Shown here: one piece after another, positions 40,468 through 48,777 of the stretch | Numbering within the stretch: the first letter of the stretch is position 1 | Layout: every line of letters starts with the position of its first letter | DNA from: Paludibacteraceae bacterium | GTDB taxonomy: Bacteria; Bacteroidota; Bacteroidia; Bacteroidales; Paludibacteraceae | DNA length: 64,000 nucleotides | NCBI GenBank assembly: GCA_024689005.1 | Contig: JAILDU010000093.1 | Span: 649-64,648 of the forward strand | Reading direction: 5' to 3' | Position numbers and translations under genes: made by a program | Notes under the pieces: model-generated | Databases searched by the model: none | Told to the model about the DNA's origin: nothing | The model's input: the letters and a program-made list of their open reading frames with translations, nothing else

Positions 40468-40808
40468 ATGTTGTTTTTTAGATTGATACCATGTTTCTCC
40501 AACCAGCGTTTCTCGCACTTGCTGCGATTGCTTTCGTTGTGTGCTTTTTTGCAACTAGGCACGGCGTTGCCTTTCTTGTCCGGTTTGGCGTACACGAGCC
40601 AGCCTTTCTTGTTCTCTCGTAATTGCCAGCCATCTACTGTCATTAACCAGTGCATATGTTCATCGCCGCGCAGGTATGTCTGTACCTTGTCGCCGTTGGG
40701 TTGTTCACGCTCTATCATGCCGGGATATGCCGGAACGCGTGCCGGACCCTGTGCTTCCAAACTCAATGTCATTGCCACCATCATGACCATTAAAAAGAAC
40801 TTTTTCAT
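40464..40808 (-). CDS. Small secreted protein homologous only to the N-terminal (propeptide-like) module of the adjacent M6 protease
   Basis: Signal peptide MKKFFLMVMMVAMTLSLEA. PAYPGMIEREQPNGDKVQTYLRGDEHMHWLMTVDGWQL aligns with [38 protein letters not shown] of the protease. The two genes share an ATGA overlap. Confidence 0.5.
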   Translation of the reverse strand: MKKFFLMVMMVAMTLSLEAQGPARVPAYPGMIEREQPNGDKVQTYLRGDEHMHWLMTVDGWQLRENKKGWLVYAKPDKKGNAVPSCKKAHNESNRSKCEKRWLEKHGINLKNNI

Positions 40809-40855
40809 ATCTGTAGATTTTATGGATTTTCTGTGTGGAAATTTGTTTTCCGTCA

Positions 40856-41620
40856 TCAATTATCTTTGTTGGCTGCCTTCACTTTCTTGAATAGTTCGGA
40901 GGCGAAGACAAAATCGTTGAGTGCTTCGTTGTCGCTGTTCATTATCTCGTGTCGGCTGCCTTGCCACTCTTTCTTGCCGCCTTTCATGAAGATGATATTG
41001 TCGCCTATCTCCATGATGGAGTTCATGTCGTGGCTGTTCACTATTGTACAAATCTTATATTCGCGAGTGATGTCTTGTATCAGCGCGTCTATCACGAGAC
41101 TGGTCTTTGGATCGAGTCCCGAGTTCGGTTCGTCGCAAAACAGGTATTTGGGTTCCAATACGCTGGCGCGCGCAATAGCCACCCGTTTCTGCTGTCCACC
41201 GCTTATCTCGCTCGGCATCAGGTTCCACACTCGCTCGGGTATCTCTACGCGTCGCAGGCAAAACTCTGCACGTGCCTGCATCTCTTCGCGGGAGTGATGG
41301 GCGAACATCTCCATAGGGAAAAGCACGTTTTCCATCACCGTAAGCGAGTCGAACAAGGCGCATCCCTGAAACAGCATTCCCACTTCGCGGTGGAGCGCGC
41401 GTATCTCTTTGTTTTTCATTCTGGCTATGTCTCGTCCGTCATAGAGTATCGAGCCGCTGTCCACATTGTGCAGACCGATGAGCGACTTCATGAACACGGT
41501 CTTACCGCTACCCGATTGACCGATGATCATGTTCACTTCGCCATCGTGCAATTCGGTTGAAACATGGTTCAATACCACATTTCCGTCAAAACTCTTAACT
41601 ATATCTCTAACCTCAATCAT
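40856..41620 (-). CDS. mlaF: MlaF-like ABC transporter ATP-binding protein
   Basis: IEVRDIVKSFDG..., GQSGSGKT, ISGGQQKRVAIARA. Confidence 0.82.
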   Translation of the reverse strand: MIEVRDIVKSFDGNVVLNHVSTELHDGEVNMIIGQSGSGKTVFMKSLIGLHNVDSGSILYDGRDIARMKNKEIRALHREVGMLFQGCALFDSLTVMENVLFPMEMFAHHSREEMQARAEFCLRRVEIPERVWNLMPSEISGGQQKRVAIARASVLEPKYLFCDEPNSGLDPKTSLVIDALIQDITREYKICTIVNSHDMNSIMEIGDNIIFMKGGKKEWQGSRHEIMNSDNEALNDFVFASELFKKVKAANKDN

Positions 41621-42354
41621 AGCAGCAATTTACTTAAAACAAGGTCTAAGAACAATATCATGATATTGCTGTTCACCACGGCATTGGTACTTGCCTTACC
41701 CACTTCCAGCGCACCGCCGCGTGCGTAATAGCCGTAGTAACTGGACATGCTGGTTATCACGAATGCAAACACCAGCGCTTTGATCATGGCGTACCATACA
41801 AAATACGGATTGAATGCGTATTGCACTCCCAGCAAGTAATCGTGAATGGTGATGATGTCCGTTAGCGCTCCCACGCCATAACCGCCCACCAGGCCGGCTG
41901 CAGTGGAGATAATCACCAGCAGCGGCATCATGCTCATGAACGCAAGAATCTTCGGCAATATCAGATAATTGGCACTATTCACGCCCATTATCTCCAATGC
42001 GTCTATCTGCTCTGTTATGCGCATCGTGCCTATCTCTGAGGCAATATTACTGCCCACTTTGCCCGCCAATATCAAGCACAGAATGGTACTCGAAAATTCC
42101 AGCAACAACGTGTCGCGCGTAAGCAATCCTACTATATACGTTGGCAGTAACGGGTTCTCTGTGTTTGTCTTGGCCTGAATGGTCAGAATTGCGCCAATGA
42201 AAACCGATATCAACAGCACAATCGGCAACGACTGAAGTCCTTGCTTCTCCAACTCACGGCTGTACTGACGCCAAAACATTCGCTGACGGTCAGGCATTCG
42301 CAATACCCTGCCCATCAGTAATGTATATTCTCCTATGTGTCGAAACAATTGCAT
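41617..42354 (-). CDS. mlaE: MlaE-family ABC transporter permease
   Basis: Polytopic protein with an MlaE-like pattern (...ITEQIDALEIMGVN...). The ATG at 42354 is preferred because the 42381 start overlaps the -7 box of the promoter. Confidence 0.82.
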   Translation of the reverse strand: MQLFRHIGEYTLLMGRVLRMPDRQRMFWRQYSRELEKQGLQSLPIVLLISVFIGAILTIQAKTNTENPLLPTYIVGLLTRDTLLLEFSSTILCLILAGKVGSNIASEIGTMRITEQIDALEIMGVNSANYLILPKILAFMSMMPLLVIISTAAGLVGGYGVGALTDIITIHDYLLGVQYAFNPYFVWYAMIKALVFAFVITSMSSYYGYYARGGALEVGKASTNAVVNSNIMILFLDLVLSKLLL

Positions 42355-42378
42355 ATTTGTCCAATATAAAAAATCGCG

Positions 42379-42410
42379 CAAAGATACTACTTTTTTCTCA
42401 TATATGCAAA
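42379..42410 (-). promoter_or_regulatory. Bacteroidota -33/-7 promoter driving the mlaE...LOS gene string
   Basis: On the minus strand: TTTG (42410-42407), a 20-nt spacer with an A6 tract, then TATCTTTG (42386-42379) followed by CGCGA. Confidence 0.75.
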
Positions 42411-42490
42411 TATCGAGCCACCTTTTTGCATATTTTGTGTTTTCCTAAAATTTGCAGACATTATATTGGCTATTCTTAGTACCAATAGGT

Positions 42491-42655
42491 TAATTGTCTC
42501 GGAATTGACTCGGAGTTGACCCACGTATTGTCTAGGATTGACTCGTAATCGTCCCGTAATCGTCCCGTAATTGTCTTGAAGACATATCGAAGGCAATTCG
42601 AAGACAATTCGAATTTTTATCGGGGTTTGTTCGGGGTTTTATCGGGGTTTGGTCA
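42491..42655. repeat. Tandem array of fifteen 11-bp units in perfect register (165 bp)
   Basis: Units are taattgtctcg, gaattgactcg, gagttgaccca, cgtattgtcta, ggattgactcg, taatcgtcccg, taatcgtcccg, taattgtcttg, aagacatatcg, aaggcaattcg, aagacaattcg, aatttttatcg, gggtttgttcg, gggttttatcg, gggtttggtca. CG sits at the unit end in 11 of 15 units. Confidence 0.95.
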
Positions 42656-43150
42656 GGCTTTCTCAGAATGTAGCAATTCTTCTACCATATTGGAGTTGTA
42701 GTATTCGGGTTGTCCGGTTACTTCTTGTCCGAGCCATTCCGGGCGTTCGTACTGTTCGTTCTCGTCCTCCATCTCCAGTTCGGCGAGTCTGCGTCCTTCG
42801 AGGCGTCCGTGGAAGACGTCCACTTCCCATTTGCGTCCTTGCACTCCTTTTACGTTAGCGGGAATGATGTAACGTGTCTTTTCTATAATGCACGGCAGGC
42901 ACGCTTTGAGCATCTGTCGCGCGTCGTCCACATCTATCTCGCGTTCCCACTCAAAGCGCCCGATACCCACCTGGTCGATGGTTGATTTGATGGTGAGGAA
43001 TGCCTGGTTGTCGCGCAAACGGATACGTATCGTACGCTCGGGGTCCAAGCAGAGATAACCCTGCGTAATATGGTGACTATCAGTTGCTTCTGATATGAAT
43101 GCATCAGATGTAACGAGAAACTTGCGCTCAATCTCTTTGTTCTTTGACAT
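42653..43150 (-). CDS. CYTH-domain protein (triphosphatase / CyaB-like)
   Basis: N-terminal EIERKFLV signature, 165 aa. Confidence 0.85.
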   Translation of the reverse strand: MSKNKEIERKFLVTSDAFISEATDSHHITQGYLCLDPERTIRIRLRDNQAFLTIKSTIDQVGIGRFEWEREIDVDDARQMLKACLPCIIEKTRYIIPANVKGVQGRKWEVDVFHGRLEGRRLAELEMEDENEQYERPEWLGQEVTGQPEYYNSNMVEELLHSEKA

Positions 43151-43153
43151 GAT

Positions 43154-43918
43154 TTATTTTTTGTTTTGTGATTCGATGAGTCGGCTTAGTAGTTGGTACA
43201 CTTCTGTTTTTTCCTCTGTGCTGAATCGGTTGCCTGCAACGGCCTGTTGCAGCACTTTTAAATGGTGGTCAAGCACATTCTCATCGCCTCGTTGTGCCGG
43301 GCCTGTCTGTGCCGTTTCCGGAGCGAGTGTGTGCACTTTTTCTGCCGTTTGGTCTATCAGAGGCAGCAATGCCGCAAAAGGAATGCTTGTGCCGCGCAGA
43401 ATGTCTTCTGCCATGCGGAACATGAGATTCGAGAAGTTGTTGGCAAACACTCCCGCTACATGCAGTCGTTCACGATCGCGTTGTGTACATTCGTAGATGC
43501 GGTCCGTGAGTGTTTGGGCAAGGGTGTAGATGGCTGCCACATCATCGACCGAACGTCCTTCGATAAAGACAGGAATGTCGCTCCAATCTTCTATCAAACG
43601 AGACTTGCTGAACGATTGGAAGAAATATGCTACGCCTGCGTGTGGTTTATCGTCTCCAAACACATCGATAGCAACTGAACCCGAAGTGTGCAGATGGAGC
43701 GCTTTGGGCGCGTCAACTGCGGCAATTACTTCGCTCAACGCGTGGTCGGCGATGGTGTAAATATAGACATCCGCGACAGGTAGCGTAGTGTTGCCTAACG
43801 CGTCTGCGTTATCCAATAGAGCCCGCGCTTGCACTAATTCTACATTCGCACCCCTTCGGGCGAAAGCATAGTGCAAGTTTGTCCCCACATTACCTCTACC
43901 TATTATGACTATCTTCAT
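43154..43918 (-). CDS. Rossmann-fold / DUF2520-like oxidoreductase-type protein
   Basis: MKIVIIGRGNVGTNL dinucleotide-binding motif. The ATG at 43918 is preferred to 43933. Confidence 0.65.
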   Translation of the reverse strand: MKIVIIGRGNVGTNLHYAFARRGANVELVQARALLDNADALGNTTLPVADVYIYTIADHALSEVIAAVDAPKALHLHTSGSVAIDVFGDDKPHAGVAYFFQSFSKSRLIEDWSDIPVFIEGRSVDDVAAIYTLAQTLTDRIYECTQRDRERLHVAGVFANNFSNLMFRMAEDILRGTSIPFAALLPLIDQTAEKVHTLAPETAQTGPAQRGDENVLDHHLKVLQQAVAGNRFSTEEKTEVYQLLSRLIESQNKK

Positions 43919-43948
43919 GTTTGTGTCGCACAAAAAAATTGCTACTAA

Positions 43949-44497
43949 TTATTTAACTACTTGTCCTTGTACACTATACATCGCCCCGTTGCGCACCAGA
44001 TATAGTTGTCCATTGCGCAAAACCTTTGTACATTGTGTACGGTCCTTTTCTATCTTTTCAATAGATGTAGAAAGTGCCTCTACGCGAACCGAAACAGGAA
44101 TGATTTGCTCAATCTCGTTATAATCAACATAATCGGTATATGTAGATACGCGGATATTGCAGGTATAGGTGCCCGGTGCATCTCCCAAAAAGGACAGCCA
44201 CACGTCCGGCTCTGCAGGATTAGTATATTCATCGCCTCCATACAAGTAAACTGTTGAGAGTTCAAAGTAATAGTGACCATTATCCACAGTGTCTAAGAGT
44301 TCGATGGAAACACCACCGTATTCGAGCAGGTCGCTCCAAGTGACGGTGAAATGCTCTGTCGTATCAACCCAACCACTATTGTCCAGATATATGGTTCCAA
44401 AGTCGATGCTATCGGTAGATACGGTGAAACTTGGCGTTGCCAAAGCAATCATGCTGAACAATGTCAGCATCAATAAGGTATAAATTTTCTTCATCAT
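43949..44497 (-). CDS. Small secreted Ig-like protein with a C-terminal 'NGQL-type' tail
   Basis: Signal peptide MMKKIYTLLMLTLFSMIALA, with the start taken at 44497. The C-terminus is CTKVLRNGQLYLVRNGAMYSVQGQVVK. Confidence 0.5.
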   Translation of the reverse strand: MMKKIYTLLMLTLFSMIALATPSFTVSTDSIDFGTIYLDNSGWVDTTEHFTVTWSDLLEYGGVSIELLDTVDNGHYYFELSTVYLYGGDEYTNPAEPDVWLSFLGDAPGTYTCNIRVSTYTDYVDYNEIEQIIPVSVRVEALSTSIEKIEKDRTQCTKVLRNGQLYLVRNGAMYSVQGQVVK

Positions 44498-44501
44498 TAT
44501 G

Positions 44502-45884
44502 TTAATGTTTGTTTGCGTACTCACGATAAAACTCGCTTACGGCTATAATACCTTTCTCCCACACCTCAAGATCCATAGATTCGTTAGGCGAGTGAATGGC
44601 ATTCTTCTCAAGTCCAAAGCCCATTAGGATGGTCTTGCACCCCAATATCTGCTCGAAAGCCGATATGATAGGAATACTACCACCGCGACGTGCCGCCAAC
44701 GGACGTTTGCCAAAGGCAATCTCAAAGCCTTTCTCTGCCGCTTTGTAAGCCGGTATGTCTATCGGGCAGACGTATCCTTGTCCGCCGTGCATAGGCGTTA
44801 CCTTGACGCGCACACCCTTCGGCGCTATTGCCTGCATATAATCGGCGAATGCGTGAGAAATCTTCTCATGGTCCTGATTGGCTACTAATCGGCATGACAC
44901 TTTGGCGAAGGCTTTGCTTGGCAAAACGGTCTTGCTTCCTTCGCCCGTATATCCTCCCCATATACCGCAAACGTCAAATGAAGGACGACACGAATTGCGT
45001 TCCAACGTATTGTAGCCCTTTTCGCCAAAGACATCGTCCACATCTATTGCGCGGTTGTAGGCCTCTTGCGAGAATGGAATCTGCGCAATCATCTTTCGTT
45101 CCTCATCCGGAATAGGCAACACGTCGTCGTAAAATCCGGGGATAGTGATTCGTCCGTCCCGGTCCACCACTTGCGCAATCATCTCGCATAGCGCATTGAC
45201 AGGGTTCTTTACTGCTCCTCCGAAATGTCCGGAATGTAGGTCTCTGTTCGGCCCGTCCACCTCTATCTGCCAATAAGCCAATCCGCGCAGCCCCGTGGTG
45301 ATGGATGGCGTCTCTTTGCCTATCATAGAGGTGTCGCTGACGAGAATTATATCTGCTTTGAGCAGTTCTTTGTGCTTACCGATGAAGGTTTCCAACGATG
45401 GAGAACCAATCTCTTCTTCGCCCTCAAAGATAAATTTGACATTACATTTCATCAGTCCTTCATGTACCAAGTATTCGAAGGCTTTTGCCTGAATCATGGC
45501 TTGTCCTTTGTCGTCGTCTGCTCCGCGTGCATAGAGTCGGCCGTCGCGAATAGCCGGTTCCCACGGGTCGGATTTCCATTGCTCCAAAGGCTCGGCAGGC
45601 ATAACGTCATAATGCGCGTACACCAGAACAGTTGGGCGGCGAGCCTCCGCAGGCGAACAGCCATTCGGTGTGTACTCTCCGTATACAAAGGGGTTGCCGT
45701 CCGACGGCATCACTTCTGCTCTTTGGCAACCGGCTTGCAACAGCAGTTCGCGCCAACGCTCTGCGCAACGTATCATATCGGCTTTGTGCTCGACTTGGCA
45801 ACTGACACTCGGAATGCGAATCAGACTTGCCCATTCCTCTATAAATCGCTCACGGTGAGCGGCTATATACTCTTGAATTGTCAT
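44502..45884 (-). CDS. M20-family dipeptidase
   Basis: VLVYAHYDVMP...ARGADDDKGQ...FEGEEEIGS, 460 aa. Confidence 0.87.
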   Translation of the reverse strand: MTIQEYIAAHRERFIEEWASLIRIPSVSCQVEHKADMIRCAERWRELLLQAGCQRAEVMPSDGNPFVYGEYTPNGCSPAEARRPTVLVYAHYDVMPAEPLEQWKSDPWEPAIRDGRLYARGADDDKGQAMIQAKAFEYLVHEGLMKCNVKFIFEGEEEIGSPSLETFIGKHKELLKADIILVSDTSMIGKETPSITTGLRGLAYWQIEVDGPNRDLHSGHFGGAVKNPVNALCEMIAQVVDRDGRITIPGFYDDVLPIPDEERKMIAQIPFSQEAYNRAIDVDDVFGEKGYNTLERNSCRPSFDVCGIWGGYTGEGSKTVLPSKAFAKVSCRLVANQDHEKISHAFADYMQAIAPKGVRVKVTPMHGGQGYVCPIDIPAYKAAEKGFEIAFGKRPLAARRGGSIPIISAFEQILGCKTILMGFGLEKNAIHSPNESMDLEVWEKGIIAVSEFYREYANKH

Positions 45885-46480
45885 AACTGTGAGAGTATTT
45901 GGTCAACTATATCTTTGATTTCTAATGAACCATCGTTGGTGACACGTATGGTTGGGCAATGCAAGTCCGTCAGAGAGTCTTTCTGCGCGTTCATGCGTGC
46001 TCGTATTCGTTCTATATTCAATGCGGAGTTCTTGCCGTAATAGTCGCGGTCTAATACGCGCCTGATACGCGTCTCTACGGGAGCATCAACTATCACTATC
46101 TTGTCACACAATTTGTCCAACCCGGATTCTTTGAAGACAGCACTTTCTACAAAGAGTTTGTCCGTTGCGCCTCTTGAGTCTCTGAAGATTTTTATGTCCT
46201 GCAGATCCTTGTACACCCACGGATGAATCAATTCGTTCAGCGCTTGCAGCAATTCCGGCTCTGCAAAAACACGCTTGCTCACGTATGGAATATTGTAGTG
46301 GTTGTCTTTGTAGGCTTTTTTGCCTAACAGTCTTTTGATGCGAAACTGCACAATCGATTCCTCTGCGATAATCTCTTTGGCTCTTTTGTCGCAGTTGTAA
46401 ATACCAAATCCACGATATGCTAATTCTTTGGCTATAGTGGACTTTCCACTCCCTATTCCTCCTGTTATTCCTATTATCAT
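45881..46480 (-). CDS. coaE: Dephospho-CoA kinase
   Basis: MIIGITGGIGSGKST, 199 aa. Confidence 0.92.
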   Translation of the reverse strand: MIIGITGGIGSGKSTIAKELAYRGFGIYNCDKRAKEIIAEESIVQFRIKRLLGKKAYKDNHYNIPYVSKRVFAEPELLQALNELIHPWVYKDLQDIKIFRDSRGATDKLFVESAVFKESGLDKLCDKIVIVDAPVETRIRRVLDRDYYGKNSALNIERIRARMNAQKDSLTDLHCPTIRVTNDGSLEIKDIVDQILSQL

Positions 46481-46492
46481 TTCATTCCTTTT

Positions 46493-48763
46493 CTAGAATT
46501 GAAAATAAATGAATGGTTGCATGTCTGCCGTTACGAACTGGTAGATAATCAGGATAGCCACGCATACTGCTCCAACCATCAGCCACAACGGCATGGCGGC
46601 GAACCATAAGCGATAGCGACGCTTCCAATTAGTTGGCAACCAGTGGATTATCATTCCTATTACAAACATTGCCACGACCCATCTGTATTCGTACATAAAG
46701 TCCGGAATGATGGCATTGCTCCAAGCTCCGCCTATCTGATTAACCATATTCTTGGCCGTTTCCCATGCCACCTTGTTGGCTGTTGCAGGGTCCAGATTAC
46801 TACTGCTGCGGAAGAACAAACGTGTGAATGTGATAAAAGTGAATGTCTGAATGATTGCCCACGCAGTAGAAAGGCCCTTAGTCAAACGATTGTCCGGGCC
46901 GCTGAATAGCCAATATATATATCGGATGAGGGTGCCGCCCAGAATGATGATTGCCCATACGGCAAATAGGCGTAGCGCAGGCAAGTGCCACACATAGTCT
47001 GCTGCACACAAACCACCTGCCGTCAGTAGCATTAGTAACATGCGTACGTACCAATTCATTTCACGCCATATCTTATTGACAATCATGCCGATACCGTTGA
47101 TTCCTCCCCATATGATGAAGTTCCAACTGGCTCCATGCCAAAGTCCTCCTAATACCTGTGTGATGAATGAGTTGAGGTTGGAGTAGAGTAGTTTCTGCTT
47201 GTTGGTGATAGTTGTCAGACTATTAGCAGCGATTCGTCTCCAACGCAGATTGATAATACCAACTACCAACAAGAAACAGCCGATTACTACTACTATCCAC
47301 CACCATCCGGTTAGTGCGGCCGACACGACGGCGATTAGTGACATCCAGAAATAGGTACCAAAACCTATTTTGCGATTACCTCCCAACGGAATGTACAGAT
47401 ACGTTTTGAGCCAGCGACCCAGCGACATGTGCCAACGACGCCAGAACTCCTGCGGATTCTGCGATTTATAGGGAGAATCGAAGTTCTTCGGCAGATAGAA
47501 TCCCATCAGCAATGCTACTCCTATGGCAATATCTGTGTAACCCGAGAAATCTGCATATACTTGCAGCGAATAGGCAAAGAGTGCAAATAGGTTCTCAAAG
47601 CCTGAGAATAACAAAGGGTTGTCAAAGACGCGGTCTATCAGATTGACTGCCAGATAGTCCGACATGATAATCTTCTTCGCCAAACCATTCAAGATCCAGA
47701 ACACGGCCAAACCGAAGTAACGGCGGCTGAGGTTAAATGGCTTATACAACTGCGGTATAAACTCCTCAGCGCGCACGATAGGTCCTGCTACCAATTGTGG
47801 GAAGAACGACACGTAGAAACCGAAGTCCAAGATGTTCTTTACCGGTTGAATACGCTTGCGGAAGACATCTGCCGTATATGATATGACTTGGAATATGTAG
47901 AACGAAATGCCCACTGGCAGAATGATTTGATCTACACAGAAACGGCCTGTAGCGCTCATGCCATTGCCGATATACGCAAAGATATCAAACACGCGAAAAC
48001 CTGTACCAAACAGGTCGTTGAGCATGTTAGTGAAAAAATATGCGTACTTGAAATATGCCAATAATCCCAGATCAATGCAGACCGATAGGCATAGCCAAAC
48101 TTTTGCAATCGGTTTATCTTCGTTGGCTTTTATTCGTTGAGCAATCAGCCAATCGCTGATGGTAACAAATGCCAATATCAGTAAGAACAAACCACTGGTT
48201 TTGTAGTAGAAGAACCAACTGACAAATAGCAAATACACATTGCGCAAATGCAGTCTGCGATTGTCTGTTTCGGGCTGCAATGTCGGTAGTTCAGGTGCAA
48301 CCTGCGGTTCAGAAGAGATTTTGTTGCGAGGCTTTCTTGTTCTAACCGAAGCGGTTTTTGTTGTGTTTTTAGCCGTTGTACTCTTCTTAGTGGCAGAACT
48401 TTTCTTTTTCGTTGTGCTTTTTTTCTCTGCTACCTCTTCGACATCCGTCGCATCTTTTTTGCTGGCAGATGTTTTTCTCCTCGTCGTCTTTTGGGCGGAG
48501 TCGTCACTCTTAGGCGTGACGCTTTTGCCGCGTTTGGGAGTTTTGATCTCTTCCTTTTGATCGACAACCTCTGAAGACTTTTTGGCAGTCTTCTTTGTTG
48601 CTTTCTTCTTGTCTCCTTTCTTCTCATTCTTTTTCTTGTGTCCGACTTCCAAAATCAACGCATACAACGCATATACGAGGGCAAAGAATGCCCAGAAATA
48701 GAACTGAGTAAACAGCAGAGGTGAGTCTGCATCAAAAGCAAATATGTGACGTAAAAAATCCAA
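46493..48763 (-). CDS. MBOAT-family membrane O-acyltransferase (AlgI/DltB-like) with a Lys-rich insertion and a C-terminal extension (TTG start)
   Basis: FYIFQVISYTADVF..., FFPQLVAGPIVRAEEF, WRRWHMSLGRWLKTYLYIPLGGNR, WHGASWNFIIWG. At 756 aa it is longer than my recollection of about 480-500 aa for this family. Confidence 0.85.
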   Translation of the reverse strand: MDFLRHIFAFDADSPLLFTQFYFWAFFALVYALYALILEVGHKKKNEKKGDKKKATKKTAKKSSEVVDQKEEIKTPKRGKSVTPKSDDSAQKTTRRKTSASKKDATDVEEVAEKKSTTKKKSSATKKSTTAKNTTKTASVRTRKPRNKISSEPQVAPELPTLQPETDNRRLHLRNVYLLFVSWFFYYKTSGLFLLILAFVTISDWLIAQRIKANEDKPIAKVWLCLSVCIDLGLLAYFKYAYFFTNMLNDLFGTGFRVFDIFAYIGNGMSATGRFCVDQIILPVGISFYIFQVISYTADVFRKRIQPVKNILDFGFYVSFFPQLVAGPIVRAEEFIPQLYKPFNLSRRYFGLAVFWILNGLAKKIIMSDYLAVNLIDRVFDNPLLFSGFENLFALFAYSLQVYADFSGYTDIAIGVALLMGFYLPKNFDSPYKSQNPQEFWRRWHMSLGRWLKTYLYIPLGGNRKIGFGTYFWMSLIAVVSAALTGWWWIVVVIGCFLLVVGIINLRWRRIAANSLTTITNKQKLLYSNLNSFITQVLGGLWHGASWNFIIWGGINGIGMIVNKIWREMNWYVRMLLMLLTAGGLCAADYVWHLPALRLFAVWAIIILGGTLIRYIYWLFSGPDNRLTKGLSTAWAIIQTFTFITFTRLFFRSSSNLDPATANKVAWETAKNMVNQIGGAWSNAIIPDFMYEYRWVVAMFVIGMIIHWLPTNWKRRYRLWFAAMPLWLMVGAVCVAILIIYQFVTADMQPFIYFQF

Positions 48764-48777
48764 TTCTTAATTATCAA

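Noticed and set aside
48268-48643. The Lys-rich segment as a separate histone-like or DNA-binding small gene.
   Set aside because: It is in frame and continuous with MBOAT TM1 upstream and the conserved MBOAT core downstream, with no internal start or stop signals.
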